A DNA stretch of 43,258 bases from a virus (Duplodnaviria; Caudoviricetes). Shown one piece after another: positions 9,301-17,418 of the stretch. The stretch is taken from positions 1-43,258 of IMG/VR virus record IMGVR_UViG_3300037424_000623; one strand, given 5' to 3'. The number at the start of each line of letters is the position of its first letter. Within the stretch, counting starts at the first letter, position 1. The notes beneath the pieces are model-generated. The model made no database searches and was not told the origin of the DNA. It was given only the letters and a program-made list of their open reading frames with translations. Position numbers and translations under genes: made by a program.

Positions 9301-10817
9301 TTTTTAAGGATGTTATTAGTGATGGAGAGTGGGCGACGAAATATAAGAGCCTTGGTGGTAATGTTCTTACGGTAACAAAGATCGCTCAAGAAGATATATT
9401 GCTACGAAAGTATAATGATATTCAGATGAGCAATAAAGGTCGTTCTGGCTGGGAGAAATTTGTAGATCGCATGGGTTGGCTTGGGACTAATATTGAAACC
9501 ACAATTAGAGTCCACCAATTCAAAAAAATGGTTGAGTCTGGAATTCCGGAAAAAACCGCCGTTCGCCGGGTCAATGATATGTTGAATTTCGGCCGAAAAG
9601 GCAATTTTATGCGGGCGGTGGACTCCATATACCCGTTCGCCAATGTGGCCGCACAAGCCCTTGATGCACAGATAAAAGCCGCCAAGGGGAATCCAAAATT
9701 GTATGCAGCCAAGCTTGGGCAATACTGGGCATTACGCCTTACAGGTGCTTGGACGGCTTATACATTAGCTGGTTATTGTATGGACGATGTTAGTCCTTAT
9801 CATAAAGTGAATAATTTTATCCTTCCTCTTGGCGTGACTACGAAAGATGAGAATGGAGATGTATCTCATGCTTATCTAGCTATACCAACAGACAATTCTC
9901 CGATCGTAAGGGCTATCGATACACTTATGTTCGCGGGAATTGACATTATGCGGGATAAAACTAACACCCTTGGCTACGAAGAAATCCTTAAACGGGTATC
10001 ACAAGATGTTCCAATATATGACACAAGTTCCTTTCTCCCGGCCATCGCAGCGTTTAGAGCAGCCTGGAGAAATAAAGATCCAAGAACAGGAGATAATATT
10101 TGGAAAGGATCAGAATTCGTCGAACCAGCACTACGAGCTTATCCTGATACTTCCAATCTGGCTAAGTCAGCCGCCCAAGTCTTGCCAGGAGACGTAAGTC
10201 CTGTAGGAATTGAACGAGCTGCTAGTATGGTAGGGAGTAATCCAATTACATCTTTTATGGGTTATTTATTAAGAGATGTGACACCAGAAGAAAAGAATAG
10301 TATGTTCCGTACTATTACCGACGCTGGACCAGGACTTAATAGTATCTTTAAGTGGACGCGCCCGCAAACTGCGATTATCAATACGATTCGTCGAGAAAGC
10401 GCAAGTGCTCGGGAAAAGAATGTTGGTAGGATTGTGGATGATGCTATACAGAAGATCAAGGAGGAGTCTAAACCTTATCAAGTTATAGCAAAGGACATTG
10501 TATCTCAAAAGGAGCTTAATAGTCTAGAGAAGCGAGATGCTCTTAGGTTGGTAAAGGATAACCTTAAAGGTTGGAAGCTTTACAAGCACTACATGGACCA
10601 ACAAGGAGATGAGTTTATTTATGACATTCCATCCTATCGTGAGTGGCAAGCTATCAGTACCGCGGATGTGGAATCTAAGGCTCGTTGGTATAAGGCGAAT
10701 TTGCCTCCGCGAGATGATGTAGCATACGAGCCTTATCGTAATCTCTCGAAGGCATTTGGATTTCTCAGGAGTCAGAAGTTTTTTTATTACCTTCGTCAGG
10801 TGGAGAAGGGTAAGTAA
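6321..10817 (+). CDS. Large internal virion/DNA ejection protein (LPD38-like C-terminal region)
   Basis: 1498 aa, last gene of the late arm. Gly/Ala-rich hydrophobic N-terminal segments; NFGRKG...YPFAN and YLAIP motifs as in large polyvalent/ejection proteins. Confidence 0.65.
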   Translation: MGLYEQALTKYKLDEAVRQQSQLNIPEGADSERPHYVQRLDNLSKNQVYATVAESVNYSDPGILDRAVSIPGRFAHQIAKGFVDSTADLVELPELIVNHVGNNLGWDENDRLDVLSNVAKRVRGTVDMAQGQQSIADKIAYYVGYSIPDLAGIILGGVGGAKTIGTGLARLGVRGTVQISEKTALALGSAMGRISYGAVKGGAFGGQEGAVAGAKQYTIMEAGMAALGRYNLPIRVLGSALLNGGMAAATTDSNRPDYQDEVVAAAILGGMFAALPQHQQDRISRDPITAQDKVKAYVARERALGRTPELNGVLAEFAERDWNYMRAAYIQDPNATTPIMDLKKNLELTYGKGGVSDDRAMLAKQLQAVIFDAGDLNPGKSLLLAENFVRTAEYLSDPDTISGPAVIERFVDAHRDMLIIPKKKSYEVINKQSVVDDSGITLELTEKQARDWKIEKAQEVIRNKSLEAQNVRRNAPVTGWLSKGWESLVNPEGKAFDKLLNIPMGPELQRQVKHKAYDVPDMVSFFEKQVDKAANFAGFEGKSREILDTLATIAWHEDKRTIWRGQKKKDTPELPWSEDLVDAKKQFVYKWIDENAGPEGRAKYENALRVGFKTLQDLNVKKFESGIIGEKTLQAYNANEFLPDKRAVRWRPNKTLYDVESSVLLKDDPIFHETFGFSRIDPRLTEATGEPMVLDFEYLVKSEMRKQEFAISKNNLLRTWYDAAVKGEGDIAQYARLPKKRYKIEGLTGFLDEGQAKEIITLNERIHRAMHNARDRRNEKLANGEYTTRKKPGPKEPTLAEIKAEIAELQKNVESLRKKDAKLTDWAMQDFDTYDVASVKHIEDRGHPKDTIIHDATHDYVTVKSMRDELRTQKEQLEWMTKLKKIEEVIEPMHGFEAVPFLRDGKVEYVMLDREAARMTNMSHNVTKLQQKVYRAMSFASGVAPVKFFATAINPVFPIRRWWADNMHFYTANDFERGNILKFTKDALLEQPGIFKDVISDGEWATKYKSLGGNVLTVTKIAQEDILLRKYNDIQMSNKGRSGWEKFVDRMGWLGTNIETTIRVHQFKKMVESGIPEKTAVRRVNDMLNFGRKGNFMRAVDSIYPFANVAAQALDAQIKAAKGNPKLYAAKLGQYWALRLTGAWTAYTLAGYCMDDVSPYHKVNNFILPLGVTTKDENGDVSHAYLAIPTDNSPIVRAIDTLMFAGIDIMRDKTNTLGYEEILKRVSQDVPIYDTSSFLPAIAAFRAAWRNKDPRTGDNIWKGSEFVEPALRAYPDTSNLAKSAAQVLPGDVSPVGIERAASMVGSNPITSFMGYLLRDVTPEEKNSMFRTITDAGPGLNSIFKWTRPQTAIINTIRRESASAREKNVGRIVDDAIQKIKEESKPYQVIAKDIVSQKELNSLEKRDALRLVKDNLKGWKLYKHYMDQQGDEFIYDIPSYREWQAISTADVESKARWYKANLPPRDDVAYEPYRNLSKAFGFLRSQKFFYYLRQVEKGK
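6428..6444. promoter_or_regulatory. Palindrome TGTCCA-N5-TGGACA, copy 1 (intragenic)
   Basis: tgtccagcgattggaca. Confidence 0.7.
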
Positions 10818-11040
10818 ATTGCCGAATGGATTTACTTGTATGAAATCTTCCTGTGGGGTCTAATTCTAGCTCTATAAAATCTAACTGTCTAGTACTAATA
10901 ACTAAATAGTCTGGACGTCGCCAAAAGGTATATAGCCATTCGTGAATTTCATCCATTATCCCACTAATGTCTGTCGAGCCTAGACGTAAGAAATGTAACG
11001 TAGGTGCATTATAATCTATTGGTCCTGATGTAATAGGCAT
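10765..11040 (-). CDS. Hypothetical protein
   Basis: 91 aa with GAGG RBS; last gene of the - strand arm, converging on the late arm. Confidence 0.5.
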   Translation of the reverse strand: MPITSGPIDYNAPTLHFLRLGSTDISGIMDEIHEWLYTFWRRPDYLVISTRQLDFIELELDPTGRFHTSKSIRQFTYPSPPDEGNKKTSDS

Positions 11041-11052
11041 AAAGTCCTCTTA

Positions 11053-11382
11053 TTATTCTTCCAAAAACCCACTAATAATTCCAGAAATATCATCCCTAGA
11101 ATAACCTGGACAAGGTATAGTATCGGGCCGTGGGTGAGCAAGATTAAAATTAGTAATATCTTCGCTTGTCTTTTCATGAGTAATATTGTCCATCGATTGG
11201 ACATTCTGAGAGGGTTCGGAAATTTGCATACTCGCGATCAAGGATAGAAAATTAGTCCTTTGTTTATGCGCTTGGAGAATTGCCATCTTCAAAGCTTTTC
11301 GAGCTTCTTGAATGGTCATGGTGTCTATTAGCTTGCCTTGATATACGGATGGAAGCAGACTTTTCGATTTGGTCATAATCAA
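11053..11382 (-). CDS. Hypothetical protein
   Basis: 109 aa ORF in the tightly packed - strand operon. Confidence 0.5.
   Translation of the reverse strand: MIMTKSKSLLPSVYQGKLIDTMTIQEARKALKMAILQAHKQRTNFLSLIASMQISEPSQNVQSMDNITHEKTSEDITNFNLAHPRPDTIPCPGYSRDDISGIISGFLEE
11187..11203. promoter_or_regulatory. Palindrome TGTCCA-N5-TGGACA, copy 2 (intragenic)
   Basis: tgtccatcgattggaca. Confidence 0.7.
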
Positions 11383-11544
11383 TTTTGATGGCTGATTGTC
11401 CGTGGATTATTATATCGTTGACAACTTTGTCTAGGAGCACAGTTAATTCTGGCGTATACCTACGAATCAATCTATCAAGTACTTGATAGGCTAGTTTATC
11501 AGTATGTCCACGACCTTTTGGAAGGAATAAAAATGAGAAAATTT

Positions 11545-11910
11545 TTATTCTCTCCAATTTGTATGAGGTGTATCATCTTGATTTTTAAAATGTCTATCTG
11601 GATGCCTACCCTCCTCAAATTCTAAAAGGCATAAATTTGCAGCATCGACTAGATGCTCTAAGTTGTGATCCTGTCTATACTTTTCAATGCGCTTTATTAT
11701 ATCTAAAGGACGATCCCAAGATTTCTTGCCCGGTGCATTTAGCATTCCATATCTAAAGGCTCCTTGGACTAGTCGATGTCTCTGTAACTCCTCGAAGTCT
11801 GAAGACCATTCAGATTGCCAGAGAGCTTTAAATGTTATAGGGTCGGTATATTCCTGTTGTATAGGTCGTAGAAGAGTGCGCATTGAAAAGCCAAAGGAGT
11901 ATCTTCGCAT
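11545..11910 (-). CDS. Putative all-alpha NTP pyrophosphohydrolase-like protein
   Basis: GAFRYG and EHLVDAANLCLLEF motifs resemble phage dATP/dGTP diphosphohydrolase-like proteins. Confidence 0.45.
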   Translation of the reverse strand: MRRYSFGFSMRTLLRPIQQEYTDPITFKALWQSEWSSDFEELQRHRLVQGAFRYGMLNAPGKKSWDRPLDIIKRIEKYRQDHNLEHLVDAANLCLLEFEEGRHPDRHFKNQDDTPHTNWRE

Positions 11911-11915
11911 AGTTC

Positions 11916-12164
11916 TTACCCCTTCTTTATAGCCTTGTTAGTCTCAAGTATGGCATCTACGAATATGGAGAGGCTTCTAATAGTTTGAAGCTCATTAGAA
12001 GTATCGCCAAGAATATCCTGAATAAGTTCTAGCCGTGTCTCTATTGAAGCGGCTTGAATATAGCGTATGAACTCGTGATAGTTAACTTCGAATTCTGCAT
12101 TACGAGTTCTTGGTAGCGCCTCAGATACGGCGTTTTCGACGAGTAGTTCTTTTGATTCGGTCAT
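11916..12164 (-). CDS. Hypothetical protein
   Basis: 82 aa, ATGA overlap with the upstream gene. Confidence 0.6.
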   Translation of the reverse strand: MTESKELLVENAVSEALPRTRNAEFEVNYHEFIRYIQAASIETRLELIQDILGDTSNELQTIRSLSIFVDAILETNKAIKKG

Positions 12165-12526
12165 GATCTCTTACCTCCATGTTTATATGGACGAGATTTA
12201 TTGAACAGCTGCTTTCTCTCAACTGCATAGTCTACATCTATATTAAGATGTCGTGCATTATCCGCAGCTCGGATTATAACGTCTGCCAGTTCTTCTTCTG
12301 CACAGGTTAGCGGCGGTATTCCAATAGCCTCCATATCTTGGGCCTTGTCGCAAAGCTCATGCAGTCGATTATTACGCCAAGCCTCGTGGAGCTCAGATAC
12401 CTCATCATGTAAATTGTTACATGCCCGCTCGATGAATTCATCTTCTGTCTCACCTGGGCGATAGAAACCTTTAGCAACTGCATTTGTGTGAACTTCTTCG
12501 GCGATTTGATTTAGTGTTTTTGACAT
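12161..12526 (-). CDS. MazG-like nucleotide pyrophosphohydrolase
   Basis: LHDEVSELHEAWR...EEELADVIIR...NKSRPYKHGGK is the phage MazG-like signature. Confidence 0.85.
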   Translation of the reverse strand: MSKTLNQIAEEVHTNAVAKGFYRPGETEDEFIERACNNLHDEVSELHEAWRNNRLHELCDKAQDMEAIGIPPLTCAEEELADVIIRAADNARHLNIDVDYAVERKQLFNKSRPYKHGGKRS

Positions 12527-12639
12527 GATTTCTCCTTTCGTTTGAGAATATACTTCTTTGAAAGTAGCCAGATAATAAAAATATCGACTGTTGTTAAAAC
12601 CAATAAGCCTACTAAGAATCCTATAGTTATATCTGCCAT
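12511..12639 (-). CDS. Small single-pass membrane protein (42 aa)
   Basis: Translated by hand: MADITIGFLVGLLVLTTVDIFIIWLLSKKYILKRKEKSCQKH*, with GAGG RBS. Confidence 0.5.
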   Translation of the reverse strand: MADITIGFLVGLLVLTTVDIFIIWLLSKKYILKRKEKSCQKH

Positions 12640-12649
12640 GTTAATCCTC

Positions 12650-12913
12650 TTAAGATATAAATAGTCCAGTGTTATGAAACACCCGAATAAATATTTCTAT
12701 TGGGATAGAACTATCATCGAACACTTCGAGATTGATTTTATCATAATAACTATAACGAACATAACCGTTTTTAACTTCTGTTACAACTACCATCACTGAC
12801 CCAACATGCCATGGATTATCTTGATCTCCACGAGTTGTCCAGATAGAGTTTATAGCTATATCTATTTCTGGCTCATGGAATAAATTAGCTATTCTGGTTA
12901 TTATTCCGAACAT
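12650..12913 (-). CDS. Hypothetical protein
   Basis: 87 aa, GAGGAGG RBS. Confidence 0.6.
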   Translation of the reverse strand: MFGIITRIANLFHEPEIDIAINSIWTTRGDQDNPWHVGSVMVVVTEVKNGYVRYSYYDKINLEVFDDSSIPIEIFIRVFHNTGLFIS

Positions 12914-12915
12914 TT

Positions 12916-14130
12916 TTAATCCTCCTCTTCTTTCTCCACAAGAACATACTTAATTGTCCCATTATCGTTAAGTATCTTGATAATTCCGCGATCCTGTAAA
13001 GTACGTTCTACAATGTGTAACGATTCCGCATCAAGTTCTGATGCAAAGTTATTGAGTATCTCGGCCCTTGTAACCGTACCCCGCATGTGGAGATACTCAC
13101 GTATAGAGTTCGTTACATGGGCATAGACATTAATACCCACACCATGAAATAGGCGGGGCATTTTCTTCTCTGCATTTCGAAGAACTCCGATAGCGTTTTG
13201 TAGATCCCGGGGTTCGATTTGCCAATCAAAATCCCCACGAGATACAGCAAATACCATTGAGAGTTTTCTAATATGCAACGCGCGCCGAAGACAGTAGCCC
13301 CGGAAAATCGGATCTTTTACTGGCCAGATATCTCGGCGAATGTTTGTTTCTTGTTCTATATAATACTTATCCCAAGCTTTCCAGCCGCCAGGACTAAATT
13401 CTAGTGGGCCGTTAAAGCTGACTGCTGCAATTTGCCTGATGTCTTGGATTAAACTTTCCCGTATCTGTGTTGAGCGCTCATTATTTGATGGGCGAGACAT
13501 TATTTGAAACTTTGCTCGCTCCACGACAAAGATAACCCTACTCGTGAACCCACCGCCAAGAGCTTCTTGTGGTAGCATCGAAGGAAACCAATCAGGCGCT
13601 GAGGCACCTAGTAGGTTCATGCACACATTTGGAAGACTGTCTTCTCCACAAGTCTTAGTTGCATTCTCCCATAACGGGGCGGCATCAAAAAGATCTGTTA
13701 ATATCGAGAGCTTCTTGATATTCTTTTGCCCTAGTAAAACACTAAGTTCCTCAGAGAATATCTGTATTGATGTATGCGATACCGGTTGCTTTGTTACCTT
13801 GTCGATGTAATCGCCAATACTACGACCCATGAATACGAGAAGCTGCTCAATCGTAATAGATGCCGGAGCTACCGGAAGTCCTACGGCCTTGAAAATACTA
13901 ATCGCAGGCTTCATAGAACGACCTTTCCCAAGACCTGAGTGGCCTACCAGGACCACGTATAGGTTTGGGAATATAGGCTCCTCTGCTTCCCAAGGCATAT
14001 AGACTCGTCGCTGCATTGCCCCGGAAATACAACAGATAGCGTTCCATAGATGATAAGCTCTTGGGTATTCATTGTCTTTAGTATAATTAAGATACGTGCG
14101 AATCCAGTCCTTGCATATTCGTGACTTCAT
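12916..14130 (-). CDS. DUF3987/YfjI-like P-loop NTPase (putative replicative helicase)
   Basis: PNLYVVLVGHSGLGKG Walker A, FSEEL Walker B, GGFTSRVIFV arginine finger, winged-helix-like C-terminus. Confidence 0.75.
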   Translation of the reverse strand: MKSRICKDWIRTYLNYTKDNEYPRAYHLWNAICCISGAMQRRVYMPWEAEEPIFPNLYVVLVGHSGLGKGRSMKPAISIFKAVGLPVAPASITIEQLLVFMGRSIGDYIDKVTKQPVSHTSIQIFSEELSVLLGQKNIKKLSILTDLFDAAPLWENATKTCGEDSLPNVCMNLLGASAPDWFPSMLPQEALGGGFTSRVIFVVERAKFQIMSRPSNNERSTQIRESLIQDIRQIAAVSFNGPLEFSPGGWKAWDKYYIEQETNIRRDIWPVKDPIFRGYCLRRALHIRKLSMVFAVSRGDFDWQIEPRDLQNAIGVLRNAEKKMPRLFHGVGINVYAHVTNSIREYLHMRGTVTRAEILNNFASELDAESLHIVERTLQDRGIIKILNDNGTIKYVLVEKEEED

Positions 14131-14344
14131 CTACAAATACCCCTTCTTGATCTTTAGTTGGTAAGTATTTATTTAATAGGTAGTTTCCAGCATGAGTCTT
14201 ACACATGGGGATATTATCTATTAAATAATAAGCCTGTATAGAACACCTTATAATATGCGGAATCCTTATTGAGTCCTTTGCATACACGGATTTTCTCTTA
14301 TACTGACAATTTGTATGAGTATCTTCCTTTTTAACTATTATCAT
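14087..14344 (-). CDS. Hypothetical protein (Cys/His-containing)
   Basis: 85 aa between the Pol and NTPase genes; C...C...CxxH pattern. Confidence 0.5.
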   Translation of the reverse strand: MIIVKKEDTHTNCQYKRKSVYAKDSIRIPHIIRCSIQAYYLIDNIPMCKTHAGNYLLNKYLPTKDQEGVFVDEVTNMQGLDSHVS

Positions 14345-16967
14345 CGCCCCCCAGAAGTTTTTTGGTATCTTTAATAATTGAATCGATTGATGATATGTCT
14401 AACTTTCGCATGCCTTGAGGGTTGACATTCTTTGCCTTATCATAAGCTCCAAGATTAAAGCCAAATTTCGCCTCAGCAAGAATACGGAAGGTTCGACCTT
14501 CATAGGTAATTGGTAGTTCCAGAGCTTCCTTTACTAAAGAGACAAACCTTGCAAATGCCTCAGCTCCTTGGGATATAGGATATTGATAGCCTACTGAGTC
14601 GTGAGTCTGCGTTAGTAATTCTGAGGGATGTACTATCTGGTCCCCACCAATGTCCTTTCGATATGTAATGTCGATAGCATTTCTCACTTGATCAGCCACT
14701 GTTGACTGCGGTCGGAAGGCGTAAGCTTGGTTAAAAAGATCTGGTCCGTAGCGTTCCATCAGACGTATCTTACGGCCGAAAGGATTTACCAAGGTGCGAT
14801 TTCTCTTAAGTTCGTACTCTGTCCGCTGATACCAGTTTGTTAATCCTGGATAGGCTAGATGATAGTATTTATGTAATGTTCGTGCCTCATTATCTGGCAC
14901 CTCGTTCATAAGCGCGAATTTGCCTGGCCCCAAACCGTAATTAAACCCGTGATTTGCCTTCTTTGCGCATTGCCGAAACGAGAATACGCGAGGAAGAAAC
15001 GTCACTTTTGTTAGTTGCTCCTTATACTTAGGGCTTTTCTCACATAAGTCTAGACGAATCTTCTCGATCAAATCTGGATCAGATGTATGTCCAATGTGTT
15101 CATCCTCAAACTTCACAAATGGAATTGGCAGTCCGGTGAGCATCTCGGCAGTTGCTGCGTGTGGATCTTTTCCAGATTCTACTACTGCCATCATCTTCGC
15201 TTCATTGGCAATGTAAGCTGTGGCTACCCACTCAGCCTGAACACCGTCAAGCTCGACGTATATATAACCAGGGTCGGCTAGTAGAAAATGTTTAAACTCC
15301 GCAGGAAGATTTTGCTGATTCATTCCTGTGTGAAAGATAGTTTGAGATGATGAGAGTCTTCCAAATATCGTACCGCGAGGATTATAGGTGCATCGAAAAC
15401 GACTATCCTCATCGAAGGTCATATTCAAGTAGGTATTTCGGAACTTTCGATGTTTTCGAAGTTCTTGAATTAATGAAGCGGCCCTTATGGGTTTCCTTGT
15501 TGCCGTACCTTTTGCTAATCGCTGAAGGGCTTTGTCATCACATGTAGGTTTTCCATCACTCATATATGGAGTAATACCTAGATCCATATAGAAATACTTC
15601 ATCACCTGCTTAGGTGATGCCTCATTTAGATACCCAAACTGGCCTGTTTCTTTATCTACTTGCTTTAACTCCCGGTCAACAATAGTGCCTTCAACCTCTG
15701 AATCTAGATCTTCTTGCAAGCGGAAGATAGTTTTCTCTAGATCTGCCTTCACCCTTTTAATAGCTGGAGGATCAGCATTTATCCCTCTGAGCATAGGGAA
15801 GAACATAGGATAATGCTTCTCTACATCTAATAGATAGGTATGCCAAAATCCCTGCGAATGTAGTTGGGGCTCAATAGCGTTATTCCAGATCTCCAATGTG
15901 GTCGCCGAATCTTTACAACTGTATCGCCAAAACTTCGGCCAGTCTTTTATACTTCGCCATTCCTTTCCTTCATCCTTATAATAAGGTTCATCGGTATAAA
16001 TGGAGCATAGAAAATCCAAGCCCTTTGGGAAGTCTGGATATATAACGTTGTGGCCGATCATGGTATCTTGAATGCGACACTTCGGATGGATATGATATTT
16101 CTTAATACAGAAGTAAAGGTCAAAGTTTATATTTTGCCCTATTACTTCCATCTCCAGGTCTTCGATTATTGCAGCTACTAGGAGCATAGCTTCGATTTCA
16201 TCTTGCGTAGAGTAACGATCTACAGGGATGCAGATTGCCTCATTAGGATTATATGATAGCGAAAAGCAAGACAACTCTAGCGCTCCGGTAATCTCAATGT
16301 CAAAGGCAATACGTCTTTGGCAATCCCCGCGCTTGACCTTATCATAAAACTCTATTAGCCACATACGAAAATCAGTTATCGTCGGGGTTATGATAAGATT
16401 ACGCCGTGGCAATCGAATGTCGGGGAACTCACTTTGTACCAAGGCTTTTCGAAGATCGTGAATAATAAAATACCTTTGTATATACATTCGTAGCGCTGCT
16501 GCTGGATGAATGGTAGGTATAGTTTTTCGTCCAGGAAGCATTGTAGATTCAAGAATAGATCCTCGATGTTTTGTGATAGACGAAAGACCACAAATAGCCG
16601 CAGCCGCAACGTTACCTACTGGAACTATAACACTCGCCGAAGTCTTTTCAAGTTCAGCTTTCAATTCCTGTAGATAAGGCAAGGCTAGGTCAGTAAATTT
16701 ACCTTGAGAAAAGAATGGCGTGATATTATTATTCTTTGGCCGCTCTTTAATGACGTTTGTCATATACAATTTGTACTCAGGAATACCCGCTTTTAGCGCG
16801 CAATCCTTGAGCAATGTTCCAGAGCGGCCTACGAAGGGTCTTAGGAATCGTTCCTCTTGTTCACCCGGCGCCTCGCCTACTAGAACTATAGGAGCATTAG
16901 GATCTCCTCTTGGGGGAACTATACGCTTTTGCTGACTTGATGTTGGTAGTCCAAAGATATCTAGCAT
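14331..16967 (-). CDS. polA: Family A DNA polymerase with N-terminal family-4 uracil-DNA glycosylase domain and 3'-5' exonuclease
   Basis: UDG: LVGEAPG..E....PFVGRSG, TNVIK.RP, HPAAALR. Exo: FDIE, QNINFD, YSCKD. Pol: GRLSSS, motif A LDGVQAE, motif B RQCAKKANHGFNYG, motif C THDS. Confidence 0.95.
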   Translation of the reverse strand: MLDIFGLPTSSQQKRIVPPRGDPNAPIVLVGEAPGEQEERFLRPFVGRSGTLLKDCALKAGIPEYKLYMTNVIKERPKNNNITPFFSQGKFTDLALPYLQELKAELEKTSASVIVPVGNVAAAAICGLSSITKHRGSILESTMLPGRKTIPTIHPAAALRMYIQRYFIIHDLRKALVQSEFPDIRLPRRNLIITPTITDFRMWLIEFYDKVKRGDCQRRIAFDIEITGALELSCFSLSYNPNEAICIPVDRYSTQDEIEAMLLVAAIIEDLEMEVIGQNINFDLYFCIKKYHIHPKCRIQDTMIGHNVIYPDFPKGLDFLCSIYTDEPYYKDEGKEWRSIKDWPKFWRYSCKDSATTLEIWNNAIEPQLHSQGFWHTYLLDVEKHYPMFFPMLRGINADPPAIKRVKADLEKTIFRLQEDLDSEVEGTIVDRELKQVDKETGQFGYLNEASPKQVMKYFYMDLGITPYMSDGKPTCDDKALQRLAKGTATRKPIRAASLIQELRKHRKFRNTYLNMTFDEDSRFRCTYNPRGTIFGRLSSSQTIFHTGMNQQNLPAEFKHFLLADPGYIYVELDGVQAEWVATAYIANEAKMMAVVESGKDPHAATAEMLTGLPIPFVKFEDEHIGHTSDPDLIEKIRLDLCEKSPKYKEQLTKVTFLPRVFSFRQCAKKANHGFNYGLGPGKFALMNEVPDNEARTLHKYYHLAYPGLTNWYQRTEYELKRNRTLVNPFGRKIRLMERYGPDLFNQAYAFRPQSTVADQVRNAIDITYRKDIGGDQIVHPSELLTQTHDSVGYQYPISQGAEAFARFVSLVKEALELPITYEGRTFRILAEAKFGFNLGAYDKAKNVNPQGMRKLDISSIDSIIKDTKKLLGGDDNS

Positions 16968-17410
16968 TTAGGCTCCTTTCGATATTTACTCATGATCCGT
17001 ACTATCAAAGCCTCTTTGCACATTTGACATAGATTTTTGTTATCTTCATCTGTTACATCTTTGTTATGAAATACGAATTCTCGCATAAGTCCTTTTAAAT
17101 TCGTAGTTCTATTAACTATAAAATCTTTTCCGCAGGTAACGCATTTGTTTAGGACTTCCGGAGACTTAACACCTTCGCCTACCACCATTTGTATAGGATG
17201 AGAATTCTCATGATGGGGATCTAAACAGATGGCAGTCATGCCATTAAATCGAGTACCTTTTAAATGCTCTTCGAGTGCTAATCTAAAAGCCGCATAAATA
17301 GGTTGCGTATTATAATGACTAAAAATTATTGCCTCAGTAGCGTACCATTTACCCGTCGACTCGAAAAAATCTACCCTGCACTTTTCTGGGTCTGCGCTAA
17401 AATTGCTCAT
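16961..17410 (-). CDS. Hypothetical protein with C-terminal CxxC...CxxC
   Basis: 149 aa; RVDFFESTGKWY N-terminus, CVTC and CQMC. Confidence 0.6.
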   Translation of the reverse strand: MSNFSADPEKCRVDFFESTGKWYATEAIIFSHYNTQPIYAAFRLALEEHLKGTRFNGMTAICLDPHHENSHPIQMVVGEGVKSPEVLNKCVTCGKDFIVNRTTNLKGLMREFVFHNKDVTDEDNKNLCQMCKEALIVRIMSKYRKEPKC

Positions 17411-17418
17411 AGTATCTC

